Source: Oscillospiraceae bacterium (GTDB lineage Bacteria; Bacillota; Clostridia; Oscillospirales; UBA644). Taken from it: DNA of 64,000 bases. The translations under genes and the position numbers were made by a program. The stretch's first letter is position 1; the number at the start of each line of letters is the position of its first letter. The notes under the pieces are model-generated. The model was not told where the DNA came from. It was given only the letters and a program-made list of their open reading frames with translations, and did not search any database. This document shows positions 20,074-29,768 of the stretch, in pieces. Location of the stretch: positions 36,759 through 100,758 of the forward strand of contig SVMT01000002.1 of NCBI GenBank assembly GCA_015067305.1, read 5' to 3'.

Positions 20074-20616
20074 ATGTTTAGCGGTATTAAATATATTACT
20101 ATAACCAATCTTGGATTGAGTCAGATTTATCTTAATGAGAAAAAGTTGTTGAATATTGAAAAATGGTTTAAACCTAATGATTTATCAAATTTTTCTCCGA
20201 TTCCCGTACATGATTTTGGGAATGGCAGATTAACAATAACTGATGGTCATAGCAGAGCATTTATTGCACACAAACATGGTCTCGAAAAAATACCCGTTTT
20301 GTACGATACAGATGATATAGTGACCTCTCAAATAGGTCAATTACTTTACAAAAATGATATCATTTGGTGTGAAAGATTCAATCTGAATGATATACGCGAT
20401 TTAGGATCACGCATTATTACGAATGAGGAATATCAAACGCTATGGATAGGTAGGTGCGACAAATCATACAACCTGTTAACACAAACAACAGCAAAACAAA
20501 GGGCTGATTTTAATTTATTGCATCCCAATCTGTTTTTATTTGGATCAAACGAGAATTTAGATACTCTATTTTTTGAAGATAAAGCCGGAGAAGTTTTTAA
20601 GTATTTAATAAAATAA
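20074..20616 (+). CDS. ParB/Srx N-terminal-like domain protein
   Basis: LGLSQIYL...PIPV...LTITDGHSRAF (DGHxR motif). Confidence 0.65.
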   Translation: MFSGIKYITITNLGLSQIYLNEKKLLNIEKWFKPNDLSNFSPIPVHDFGNGRLTITDGHSRAFIAHKHGLEKIPVLYDTDDIVTSQIGQLLYKNDIIWCERFNLNDIRDLGSRIITNEEYQTLWIGRCDKSYNLLTQTTAKQRADFNLLHPNLFLFGSNENLDTLFFEDKAGEVFKYLIK

Positions 20617-20633
20617 TTTTCAAAGGAGAATAT

Positions 20634-20948
20634 ATGAACACTTATATAATGGATTCATTAAAGAAAATAAAAAAAACACTTACATCATGTAACGGTATAC
20701 CTTATGAAAAAATTGGTCCAATAATGGGGGTGCTTGAAATGATGAAAATGGAAATCGAACAACATATTTCCAACATGAACCAAACCGATGTGAATAATGA
20801 ATTAAGATCTTCCGCTAAAAATACTGTAGAAAAACTTACAGAAATATGGGATATTATTGAAGGTCTGAACGATGCAAATATATCAGATATTGAATATAAA
20901 AATCTTATTGACGAAATATCGGACTTAATTGATGAAATCAGCTATTAG
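20634..20948 (+). CDS. Hypothetical acidic helical protein
   Basis: AAGGAG RBS, 104 aa, no recognised motif. Confidence 0.7.
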   Translation: MNTYIMDSLKKIKKTLTSCNGIPYEKIGPIMGVLEMMKMEIEQHISNMNQTDVNNELRSSAKNTVEKLTEIWDIIEGLNDANISDIEYKNLIDEISDLIDEISY

Positions 20949-20960
20949 TTTTAACGCAAC

Positions 20961-21839
20961 ATGAAAGAGGTTACGAAGATGGATATTGAACATATAGCAA
21001 ATATTAAGCCGGGACAAGACGGTGCAATTTGGAATAATTATTTATTTCGCTTTGATGATCAAGGGAATTGTTTTGTATATGATATCAAGAATCTTAAAGA
21101 GTCCAACGAAACACTTAAAGAACTTGATTGGTTTATTTTAGATAAAGCACAAATAATTGTCCCTCACTGTAATTCTGTAGTTTTCGGCAATGAATATTAT
21201 GATAAAAACGATGAATTCCCACTATTATACTGCAACATCTACAACAATTATGCAAATTCAGATGATAAATTAAAGGGAACTTGTTGCGTTTACAGAATAA
21301 AAAGAAACGAAAATACATTTTCGTCCAAACTTGTTCAGATAATAAAAATCGGATTTGTTGAAAATGAAACTCTATGGAACTCTGAAAACAGGGAAGATGT
21401 TCGACCTTACGGAAACTTTGTTATTGACAGAGAACAAGGGTTATACCATGCATTTACTATGATAGATACCCCATGTATTACAAGATATTTTTCTTTTAAA
21501 TTACCTAAAATTTCTGATGGTACTTATGATGAAAAATATGGAGTAAATATTGTCATATTAACAGAAAACGATATTGAAAACAGTTTCGATTGCGAATATC
21601 ATAGATATATTCAAGGTGCTTGCACTAATAAAGGCAAAATCTATTCACTTGAAGGATTTTATCACGGTAATGAAAATGAACCTGTACTCAGAATAATTAA
21701 CCCTACAACAAAAAAGCAGGAACTTTGCGTTGAATTTTCAAGTTTCGGTTTAGTGAATGAACCTGAATTTATTGATTTCAAAGACGGAACATGCTATTAT
21801 GGAGATGGCAGCGGAAACTTATATATCATAGAATTTTAA
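20961..21839 (+). CDS. Hypothetical protein, probable beta-propeller
   Basis: Blade-like motifs GQDGAI, HCNSVVFG, IQGAC, EPEFIDF; start may be ATG 20979. Confidence 0.6.
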   Translation: MKEVTKMDIEHIANIKPGQDGAIWNNYLFRFDDQGNCFVYDIKNLKESNETLKELDWFILDKAQIIVPHCNSVVFGNEYYDKNDEFPLLYCNIYNNYANSDDKLKGTCCVYRIKRNENTFSSKLVQIIKIGFVENETLWNSENREDVRPYGNFVIDREQGLYHAFTMIDTPCITRYFSFKLPKISDGTYDEKYGVNIVILTENDIENSFDCEYHRYIQGACTNKGKIYSLEGFYHGNENEPVLRIINPTTKKQELCVEFSSFGLVNEPEFIDFKDGTCYYGDGSGNLYIIEF

Positions 21840-21911
21840 TGAGAATCGTATTGTCATACAACATAAATCTCATGATGATTCAGTATAACTATATAGTTCA
21901 AGAGGTAGCAA

Positions 21912-22388
21912 ATGGATATTTCTTTTAAATCAGACAATCAGAAATTTAATTACAGGGTATGCGCTATGATAATATCTGAAGGTAAAATCTTGGCAATGAA
22001 AGATGAGAGATCTCCTTATTATTATCTTCCGGGCGGAAGGGTTGAGATTGGAGAAACAGCCGAAAATGCAGTTGTAAGAGAGGTTCAAGAGGAATTAGGG
22101 ATTACAGCTAAAATTCTCCGTCCAATCTGGTTAAATCAAGCCTTTTTCACAGAAGATGTAGACAATATTCATTATCACGAATTATGTATTTACTTTTTAA
22201 TGGATACAACCAATACAGATCTGCTATCGAGAGGAAAAATTTTCACTACAAAGGAAGGTCTCCGTACTCATACATTTGAATGGTTAGAATTTGATAGACT
22301 AAAGGATGAATATTTTTACCCTCTGTTCTTGAAAAAGGATATTTTTAATCTTCCAGAAGTATTTACAATACGCACAGAAATCGAATAA
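21912..22388 (+). CDS. NUDIX hydrolase
   Basis: Nudix box GGRVEIGETAENAVVREVQEELG. Confidence 0.93.
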   Translation: MDISFKSDNQKFNYRVCAMIISEGKILAMKDERSPYYYLPGGRVEIGETAENAVVREVQEELGITAKILRPIWLNQAFFTEDVDNIHYHELCIYFLMDTTNTDLLSRGKIFTTKEGLRTHTFEWLEFDRLKDEYFYPLFLKKDIFNLPEVFTIRTEIE

Positions 22389-22405
22389 AAAATCCCTTTA
22401 TACAA

Positions 22406-23383
22406 TTATATAAAAAACTGTATAAAACAGAATACTGTATAGATCATAAGCAAAAATGCTCCTTGAATTCTGTACACTTTACCTTTCATTAAAGCAGGAA
22501 TACATAATAAAAGCATTGAAATTATCATTATTGGCATATCCAGAATCAAAGATGAATTCATTCCTAAAAGCAGCTTATCTGATGGAAGATCAAACGGAGA
22601 TAATGAAACAGATAAACCGCTGACAAATACGATATTCAATAAATTTGCTCCGATAATATTTCCTAAAGAGAGTGATCCGTGCCCTTTAATAAGTGAAGTT
22701 ACAGCAGTTGTCAATTCCGGCAGGGAAGTGCCAAGCGCTATAAAAGTCAAAGCAATGACAGTTTCAGGGATTCCCAGTGCATAGGATAACTTAATTCCGT
22801 TATCTATTAAAAGATTTGCACCTAATGAAATCAGAACGGCACCTATAACTAAAGTTAATATATTTTTAAAAAGAAGAATATTTTCACTTCCTGTTACAGA
22901 GTCTTTCTTCAGAACCAGATCAGAAGAAAGGCTGTCTTTTGATTTAAAAACCGTAAAAAACATGTAGATCAAAAACAATAAAAGCAAAATAAAGCCTGTG
23001 AATCGGCTGAAAGTTCCAAAACAATATGCCGATATCACATAAAAAGCAGAAGATATAAAAAAGAATATAGCAGGTATTTTAAATAACTTCCGATCAATTT
23101 CAGATGGTCTGATAAAAATACTTAAAGCCGCAATCAATGCTGTATTACAAATTATTGAGCCAACAGCGTTTCCGTAAGAAATCTCGCCATAGCCTCCTAG
23201 AGCCGATCCCACAGAAACAAAAGCTTCCGGAAGCGTTGTACCTAATGAAACTACAGTAGCGCCTATTATCAACTCAGACAAACCGAAACGACGAGCTATA
23301 CCAACAGAACTGTCGACAAATATATCCCCACCTTTTATAAGTAAAATAAGACCGACAATAAATAATAAAACATGAATTAACAT
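22406..23383 (-). CDS. Calcium/sodium antiporter (CaCA, YrbG-like)
   Basis: Two alpha repeats GTTLPE...GNAVGS and GTSLPE...GNIIGAN; ATG 23383 behind GAGGTG. Confidence 0.92.
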   Translation of the reverse strand: MLIHVLLFIVGLILLIKGGDIFVDSSVGIARRFGLSELIIGATVVSLGTTLPEAFVSVGSALGGYGEISYGNAVGSIICNTALIAALSIFIRPSEIDRKLFKIPAIFFFISSAFYVISAYCFGTFSRFTGFILLLLFLIYMFFTVFKSKDSLSSDLVLKKDSVTGSENILLFKNILTLVIGAVLISLGANLLIDNGIKLSYALGIPETVIALTFIALGTSLPELTTAVTSLIKGHGSLSLGNIIGANLLNIVFVSGLSVSLSPFDLPSDKLLLGMNSSLILDMPIMIISMLLLCIPALMKGKVYRIQGAFLLMIYTVFCFIQFFI

Positions 23384-23449
23384 TTTTTCCACCTCATTAA
23401 ATTCTATAATAAAGAGATGGGTTTTATTACTTATTGTCGGTCCTAAAAT

Positions 23450-24055
23450 TTAAAAGATTCCGGTTAGAAATATCTCTACTCCAATAACTATAAGAATTAT
23501 TCCACCTATTATGGTGAATTTACCCGAAAGACTTTGACATCTTTTTCCTATCTCAGTCGCACATAATCTGCCAAGCTCAACACCTGAAATACAGATAATA
23601 AATGTAACTACAGCAATTATTAAAGCACAAACAACAGCCATAGTCAAGCCATAATCTGCTATCGTAAAACCTACAGATAGTGCATCAATCGAAGTTGCTA
23701 CCCCTTGAACAAGAAGTCCGAGGATTCCCGTTTTTTTCTTATCGCAATCACAGTCTTCACCTTTAAAACTATCATAGATCATCTTTCCACCTATATAGCA
23801 AAGAAGAATAAGCGCTATCCAAGGAATAAACTTTTCAAATGCTTTAAAATACTGAACAATGGTATGTACACATATCCATCCTATTATCGGCATCAAAGCT
23901 TGAAATACAGCAAAGACCCCTGCAATACCAAATCTTTTATTGATTCTCATTTCAGGTTCGTTCAATCCGTTAGCCAAAGATACAGAAAAAGCATCCATGG
24001 CAAGTCCCACTCCAAGAAGAATACTATTGAAAAAAAACATAAAATTCCAATCCAT
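23450..24055 (-). CDS. mntP: Manganese efflux pump MntP
   Basis: GLAMDAFSVS, FQALMP, ATSIDALSVG; start moved to 24055 because the upstream part is the riboswitch. Confidence 0.93.
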   Translation of the reverse strand: MDWNFMFFFNSILLGVGLAMDAFSVSLANGLNEPEMRINKRFGIAGVFAVFQALMPIIGWICVHTIVQYFKAFEKFIPWIALILLCYIGGKMIYDSFKGEDCDCDKKKTGILGLLVQGVATSIDALSVGFTIADYGLTMAVVCALIIAVVTFIICISGVELGRLCATEIGKRCQSLSGKFTIIGGIILIVIGVEIFLTGIF

Positions 24056-24078
24056 TTTTATAACCGTCCTTTTAATAT

Positions 24079-24107
24079 AATAAAACGGTACAGACGAAAC
24101 TGTACCG
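24079..24107 (-). terminator. Expression-platform terminator of the Mn riboswitch
   Basis: mRNA CGGTACAG-TTTCGT-CTGTACCG-TTTTATT just before the mntP RBS. Confidence 0.8.
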
Positions 24108-24159
24108 AGATCCTCAATTATTTTAACTCGACACATGTACAGCCATAATACCACCATAC

Positions 24160-24244
24160 ATGAGTCTCGCAATTTAAAACAAGCCAGGCTTAAAACCAGT
24201 ATGTTGACTTGTTACGCAATATAAGCGCTCGCTACTCCCTCACG
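24160..24244 (-). ncRNA. yybP-ykoY manganese riboswitch
   Basis: mRNA TGAGGGAGTAGC...GTCAACATACTGG...CCTGGC...GCGAGACTCA, upstream of mntP. Confidence 0.92.
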
Positions 24245-24257
24245 GAAATACCAAGAT

Positions 24258-24286
24258 AGTATATCAAATTCAACACATATTGTCAA
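24258..24286 (-). promoter_or_regulatory. Sigma-A promoter of riboswitch-mntP
   Basis: TTGACA-17 nt-TATACT. Confidence 0.8.
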
Positions 24287-24403
24287 TAGAGTTTTCAGAA
24301 TTGTAGAAAACGAAATTTACATTTTTTACTCATCTCATATTGACTAAGTATTAAAACTATGATAAAATTATGGTAATATATTTCAATTCCAAGGAGATAC
24401 AAA

Positions 24404-26596
24404 ATGAAATACAAAGAACTATTTGATACAGCAAAATGGGTCTCACCAAACGGAAAAAGTGACACTCCGTATATCAGGGGAGAATTCATTACCAAAAAGG
24501 ATGTAAAATCAGCACAAATAACGATTTGCGGTCTTGGTTTTTTCGAACTTACAATAAACGGGGAAAAGGTGAGCGATGACTTATTTACGCCCGCAAACAC
24601 AGATTATCATCCTGCAGACAGACATTGCACCAAAGAATATGGAGAAATTCTATCCCACAGAATATATTCTATGAGATATGATATAAAAGAATACCTAGAC
24701 AGTAAAAACTGTATTGGTATAATATTAGGTCCGGGTTGGTACAAAAACGATGGGTATGACACATTTGGCTGGAACTTCTCTTACGGAGAAGTAAAACTCA
24801 CATTTAAAATAGACATTGAATATACAGACGGAGAAAGAGAAAAAATAGTTTCATCAACAGAAAATCTTAAATGGACTCAAAGTCCCTATGTAATTTCACG
24901 AATTAAAAAAGGGGACTATCAGGATTTTAATACATACAGACTTGATGGATGGAATCTTTATGGATTTGATGATTCCGAATGGAATAACCTTGAAGTTGTG
25001 GAAATTCCGGAAACAGAGTTTTACGTACAGGATTGCCCTTCTGACAAAGTTATCAGAAATATCAAACCTAAACTTATCAAAGAGACTGACGATAGCTTTA
25101 TATATGATATGGGTGAAAACATTACAGGAACTCCAGTTATAAAAGCTAAAACTAAGGACATATGCAAAATAGACCTCGTATGTTCCGAAAGACTCGACGA
25201 ACAAGGAAACATTGAAGATTACACAACTCACGGTCAAAAAAGCACCTTTGTAACAGACGGAACCGACAGGGAATATAAACTTAAATTTGCTGTTTACGCA
25301 TTCAGATATGCAATGGTAAGTAAAAATGCCGAAATCATTGACTGCGAAGTTATTCACACAGATCTTCCCGTAACCTCATCCTTTAAGTGCGATAATGAAA
25401 TTCTCAATTGGTATTATGATGCCTATATCAGGACTCAACTTGATAACATTCATTGTTGTGTTCCCTCTGACTGTCCGCATATAGAAAGACTTGGCTACAC
25501 CGGAGACGGAGAGCTTACTTGCGAATGCGCGATGATGATGCTTGATTCCGAAAAAATGTATCGAAAATGGATCGAAGATATTTCTGACTGTCAGGATACA
25601 GTAAGCGGTCATGTACAGTATACAGCACCTTATTCACAAAGTGGCGGCGGTCCAGGTGGTTGGGGCTGCGCAATAATAGAAGTTCCTTACACTTTCTATA
25701 AGATATTTGGAGATATTTCTGTTCTTGAAAAGTTTATACCTAAAGCCTTGAAATACTTCGAATACCTTGACGCACACAGCGAAAACAACCTTGTAATAAG
25801 CGACCAACCGGGACTTTGGTGTCTCGGCGACTGGTGTACACCTGAAGAAATTGCAATACCCCAACCTTTTGTTAATAACTATTTCTATATCAAGAGCATC
25901 AACAGAGTTCTTGAATACTGCGAACTTACAAACAATTCCAAATTATTGAAAAAAATGGAAGAATTGAAAACCAGAAAAGTAAAAGCTCTCATTGATAATT
26001 ATTTTGATTCTGAAACAGGAAATTTTGCTAATAATATCCAAGGAGCAAATGCTTTTGCTTATGATATAGGTCTTGGAGACGAAAGAACATTTGCAAATAT
26101 CGTAAAGCGTTATAAAGAATACGGTATGTATGATACCGGTATATTCGGTACTGATATCGTAACAAGAGTTCTTTTTGAAAACGGTCAGGAACAGCTTGCG
26201 TACGACCTTATGACCTCGAAAAAGCTTTATTCATTTAATACATGGATGAAGTCAGGAAGCACAACACTGCCCGAATATTGGACTTTTAAACGTTCTCAGA
26301 ATCATCCAATGTTCGGAGCTGTAGCTAAGTACCTGTTCACCTATCTTCTCGGCATAGTAAATGACGACAACGCTTACGAATCGGTTACCATTGAACCTAA
26401 GTTTGTAGACGGACTTAATTGTGCTGAAGGATATTTAACCGTCAAAAACGGAAAGATCGGTGTTAAATACGAAAAAACAGAAAGCTCCATACATATGGAA
26501 ATTGAAATACCCGAAAACACAACAGCAATACTTTCATACAAAGACAAGATCTATGAGCTTGAATGCGGTTTAACTAAATTCATTCTTAGCAAATAG
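24404..26596 (+). CDS. GH78 alpha-L-rhamnosidase-family glycoside hydrolase
   Basis: ICGLGFFELTING, PSDCPHIERLGYTGD, LGDWC, TTLPEYW, SQNHPMFG. Confidence 0.9.
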   Translation: MKYKELFDTAKWVSPNGKSDTPYIRGEFITKKDVKSAQITICGLGFFELTINGEKVSDDLFTPANTDYHPADRHCTKEYGEILSHRIYSMRYDIKEYLDSKNCIGIILGPGWYKNDGYDTFGWNFSYGEVKLTFKIDIEYTDGEREKIVSSTENLKWTQSPYVISRIKKGDYQDFNTYRLDGWNLYGFDDSEWNNLEVVEIPETEFYVQDCPSDKVIRNIKPKLIKETDDSFIYDMGENITGTPVIKAKTKDICKIDLVCSERLDEQGNIEDYTTHGQKSTFVTDGTDREYKLKFAVYAFRYAMVSKNAEIIDCEVIHTDLPVTSSFKCDNEILNWYYDAYIRTQLDNIHCCVPSDCPHIERLGYTGDGELTCECAMMMLDSEKMYRKWIEDISDCQDTVSGHVQYTAPYSQSGGGPGGWGCAIIEVPYTFYKIFGDISVLEKFIPKALKYFEYLDAHSENNLVISDQPGLWCLGDWCTPEEIAIPQPFVNNYFYIKSINRVLEYCELTNNSKLLKKMEELKTRKVKALIDNYFDSETGNFANNIQGANAFAYDIGLGDERTFANIVKRYKEYGMYDTGIFGTDIVTRVLFENGQEQLAYDLMTSKKLYSFNTWMKSGSTTLPEYWTFKRSQNHPMFGAVAKYLFTYLLGIVNDDNAYESVTIEPKFVDGLNCAEGYLTVKNGKIGVKYEKTESSIHMEIEIPENTTAILSYKDKIYELECGLTKFILSK

Positions 26597-26609
26597 GATA
26601 CCATATAAG

Positions 26610-26640
26610 AAAAGGCAGAGATTATTTTTCTCTGCTTTTT
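26610..26640 (+). terminator. Terminator after GH78
   Basis: AAAGGCAGAGA...TCTCTGCTTTTT. Confidence 0.8.
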
Positions 26641-26705
26641 CCATAATTGCTTTCTTAATACATATGCAGTTCATATTTATTTAAAGAAAAACCTCCACAA
26701 AAGAT

Positions 26706-26743
26706 TAACCGATACAAACTCTCTGACACTATATAAGTGAAAG
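26706..26743 (+). promoter_or_regulatory. Putative ECF autoregulatory promoter (copy 1)
   Basis: TAACC-15 nt-ACACTATATAAGTGAAAG; 18-mer identical to that upstream of the paralog. Confidence 0.7.
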
Positions 26744-26767
26744 CTTTCAAAAGACAGGAGAACAACA

Positions 26768-28339
26768 ATGACAGACAAAAAAGCATTTGAATTACTGTCC
26801 GAAAATCTGACGGCAATCTACGGTTACGCTTTTTCAAAGCTCTATGATAAAGATAAGGTGGACGACCTTACATCCGAAATTGTATATGAGATCATTGTTT
26901 CAGCACGCAATCTGCAAAATGAGGAAGCCTTTTGGGGCTTTGCTTGGAAAATTGCGGAAAATACTTTCAGACGCTTTATCCGTAAGACAGAGCTTACAGC
27001 ACAATCCGTAGAACTGACAGAAGAAAACATCGGCGTGTATGATCTTTCACCAGAACAGGAATATATACAAAAGGAAACTGAAAGTGAAGAATTATATCTG
27101 CTTCGCCGAGAGCTTTCTCTTTTGAAGAAAACACACAGGGAAGTATGCGTTGCTTATTACGTCGATAACAAGAGTTGTTCTCAAATCGCAAAAGAACAAA
27201 ACATAAGTGTTGAAATGGTAAAATACCATTTGTTCAAAACTCGCAAATTATTGAAAGAAGGTATCGGTATGACAAGAACACTTGGAGAAAAAAGCTACAA
27301 CCCCGGAACGTTCAGACTTGATTTTTGGGGTGACTGTAACAAATATAATGATTTATTCAAAAGAAAATTGCCCGGTTCTATTGTACTTGCCGCATATTAT
27401 GAATCTATGACAGCAGAGGCACTTTCTATGGAACTTGGTGTTTCAATGCCTTATCTTGAGGAAGAAATTGAAATTTTGGAAGCTGCAGGAGTGCTGAAAA
27501 GAACAGGGAACAAGTATCAGACTAATATTGTAATCATTACGGATGCGTATGAAAAAGAATTTGTAAAAAACACCTCTGCGATATATTCAGATATTGCGAA
27601 TTCAATATTTGATAATGTATCAAAACGCTTACCCCAAATTCACACACTTGATTTCAAGGGAAACGATTACGATGACAACAGACTATTATTTGGAATCTTG
27701 AACATCGCATTTGTCAGAGGGTTTCTTTTAGCAAGTGAAAAATCATCTCTTGGCACCCCAAATAAACTTGCATTAGGGGGTAATGGTTGGATTTTTGGAT
27801 ACGACAACGATTATGTAAATCATCATTTTCACGGTGTTTCATTGGAAACATGGAATGAAAGCGGTACAGCTTGGTTCTCGGCAGAAAATTATAAAGTAAT
27901 AAAAAAATCGCAAATATATGACCACTACGACTTCCGCAACAAAGCGAACGCTATATGGGATGCGATTCTTAATAAAAATGCTGATAAAAACAATCCTACA
28001 CTTCCGTGGTTGATTGAAAACGAATTCATTCATTGCTCAGATAATAAGCTTTCCGCCAATTTCCCCGTATTTAGCAAAAAATCATTCGATCAGATTTGTC
28101 AGATACTGTCAGATATAATTGATGAAGTGGCAAATTGTATGATTGATATTTCAGATAAAGCTGAAAGAATTCTTGCAGAACACGCGCCAGCATCTGTAAA
28201 AAAACAATGCGGAGACATTGCGAAGATCCATCACCGTCTTGACGTAGCAGCTTTCTTGTTGGAGGAGCTTATCAAAGAAAACAAACTTATAGTTCCGAAC
28301 GAAAAAACGCCTCTCTGTATTTGGGGTGTCAAAAACTAA
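26768..28339 (+). CDS. ECF sigma factor fused to a winged-helix and a large C-terminal domain (paralog 1)
   Basis: Region 2 (DDLTSEI...FAWKIAEN), region 4 (SCSQIAKEQNISVEMVKYHLFKTRK), wHTH TAEALSMELGVSMPYLEEEI. Confidence 0.88.
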   Translation: MTDKKAFELLSENLTAIYGYAFSKLYDKDKVDDLTSEIVYEIIVSARNLQNEEAFWGFAWKIAENTFRRFIRKTELTAQSVELTEENIGVYDLSPEQEYIQKETESEELYLLRRELSLLKKTHREVCVAYYVDNKSCSQIAKEQNISVEMVKYHLFKTRKLLKEGIGMTRTLGEKSYNPGTFRLDFWGDCNKYNDLFKRKLPGSIVLAAYYESMTAEALSMELGVSMPYLEEEIEILEAAGVLKRTGNKYQTNIVIITDAYEKEFVKNTSAIYSDIANSIFDNVSKRLPQIHTLDFKGNDYDDNRLLFGILNIAFVRGFLLASEKSSLGTPNKLALGGNGWIFGYDNDYVNHHFHGVSLETWNESGTAWFSAENYKVIKKSQIYDHYDFRNKANAIWDAILNKNADKNNPTLPWLIENEFIHCSDNKLSANFPVFSKKSFDQICQILSDIIDEVANCMIDISDKAERILAEHAPASVKKQCGDIAKIHHRLDVAAFLLEELIKENKLIVPNEKTPLCIWGVKN

Positions 28340-28346
28340 ATAAAAA

Positions 28347-28383
28347 ATCGCCGAGAACTACCGTTTTTAGTGTTCTCGGCGAT
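28347..28383. terminator. Hairpin between convergent ECF-1 and XRE genes
   Basis: ATCGCCGAGAAC/GTTCTCGGCGAT 12-bp stem. Confidence 0.8.
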
Positions 28384-28423
28384 AATTATTTATATTTGAA
28401 TTAGATAATTACCAGTATAAATA

Positions 28424-29584
28424 TTAAGCATTATAAAGAACTTTCTTGATTTCCTTAACAGCGTTTTTATATCGTTCCGAGTTTGTAAAATCATTATCTT
28501 CGCTTGAATACAAACCGCTAAAACTAAATGCCCAATTAGGTGTTCGCTCAGCAAAGAACTTGTAATCTATCAAAATTTCTTTATCTTGTGTCTTGCTTTT
28601 TACCCACAAATACATTTCACACGCAGTTTTTGCGGCTTTGTCAAGTGCTGTATATGCAGCATCGTAATCGATATTCAACAAATGCATTTTGCACTGCATT
28701 GTATATGCCGTAATCAGATAACAATATGGCATCTTTTCATAAGAATTAACATCAAGAGTTGTTGCATCCAAATATAAAGATACTGCCATTTTTGCAATAC
28801 TTTCGGCGTGCTCCAACACTGAGATAGATTTGTCTTTTTCATATGCACCGGAATTTACGCTCTCATACAATGCCATCAGGTAATCCAAGCATTTTTCTTT
28901 ATCCGCAAGCAATTTCACTTGATTTGCCCTATCAATTGATTTTTGAGCATAGAACACTTTGCTTTGTGCCGTGCATTTGATTCCGCATGTTTCCGGAAGC
29001 ATTTCAACAAAGTGCAGAGCTTCATCAAAGTTATCGTCCAAGAGCATCAGCCCGATCATCAACTGATTGGCTTGTATCTGAAGTACTATGACCAAGGTGT
29101 TGTTACAAATCGAAGAAAGCATTGATTTGCACTGAGTGTAGATTGATTCATAGGTATCTGCTTCAATATGGAATTTTCCTCTTACCTTGCCTACTAAGAG
29201 ATAATCATATAAAGCTAATGCGCATTTATATTTTACTTCATAATCGGTAGGATACTTGCGCAGATACTCCTTATACAGATTAGCTACCAGCAAATCGGCA
29301 TTATTTTCTTTTGTGTTGACGGAATAATTCGCCCAAACGGTATTCACGTTGCGGATGAGTGTTTCATGATCGGCTTTCTCGTCAAATCCGACTCCAAGTA
29401 AATAATCGGTTGAAACGCAAAGGATGCTTGCAAGCGGAACAATTTGAGATATATCCGGCATTGTATTGTTACATTCCCAGTTGGATATAGACTGAACCGA
29501 AACACCAATGTGTTCAGCAAGCATAGCTTGCGACAAGCCTGCATCCGTGCGCAGCTTTTTAATTTTTTGACCAAAATTCAACAT
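28424..29584 (-). CDS. XRE-family HTH regulator with helical (TPR-like) C-terminus
   Basis: FGQKIKKLR..AGLSQAMLAEHIGVSVQSISNWE...PDI; start moved to 29584; promoter TTGTAT-17-TATAAT at 29669-29641. Confidence 0.88.
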   Translation of the reverse strand: MLNFGQKIKKLRTDAGLSQAMLAEHIGVSVQSISNWECNNTMPDISQIVPLASILCVSTDYLLGVGFDEKADHETLIRNVNTVWANYSVNTKENNADLLVANLYKEYLRKYPTDYEVKYKCALALYDYLLVGKVRGKFHIEADTYESIYTQCKSMLSSICNNTLVIVLQIQANQLMIGLMLLDDNFDEALHFVEMLPETCGIKCTAQSKVFYAQKSIDRANQVKLLADKEKCLDYLMALYESVNSGAYEKDKSISVLEHAESIAKMAVSLYLDATTLDVNSYEKMPYCYLITAYTMQCKMHLLNIDYDAAYTALDKAAKTACEMYLWVKSKTQDKEILIDYKFFAERTPNWAFSFSGLYSSEDNDFTNSERYKNAVKEIKKVLYNA

Positions 29585-29732
29585 ATTTCTTCCTTCTTTC
29601 ATGATTTGATTGAAAGATCGTAGCTACTCTTTCTGATTACATTATAGCAGTAAATAACCTGAAATACAATACAGTAAACCGTTAGCCTAATTATAAACGT
29701 ATTTATATTCACCATGTTGAGATTTATAAGCC

Positions 29733-29762
29733 GCCGAGAGTAACCATTTGGTCACTCTCGGC
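29733..29762 (-). terminator. Hairpin after the ABC exporter
   Basis: GCCGAGAGT-A-ACCA/TGGT-C-ACTCTCGGC. Confidence 0.75.
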
Positions 29763-29768
29763 AGTAAA

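Noticed and set aside
20001-22400. tRNA-targeted genomic island
   Set aside because: No integrase and no repeat of a tRNA 3' end found by eye; the same holds after tRNA-fMet.
24056-24172. 39-aa N-terminal extension of MntP in the ORF track
   Set aside because: It overlaps the riboswitch and its terminator; the true RBS/ATG is at 24055.
26726-26739. ACACTATATAAGTG as an NrdR box
   Set aside because: One base shorter than the NrdR palindrome, not tandem, and only found before ECF genes with a fixed AACC upstream.
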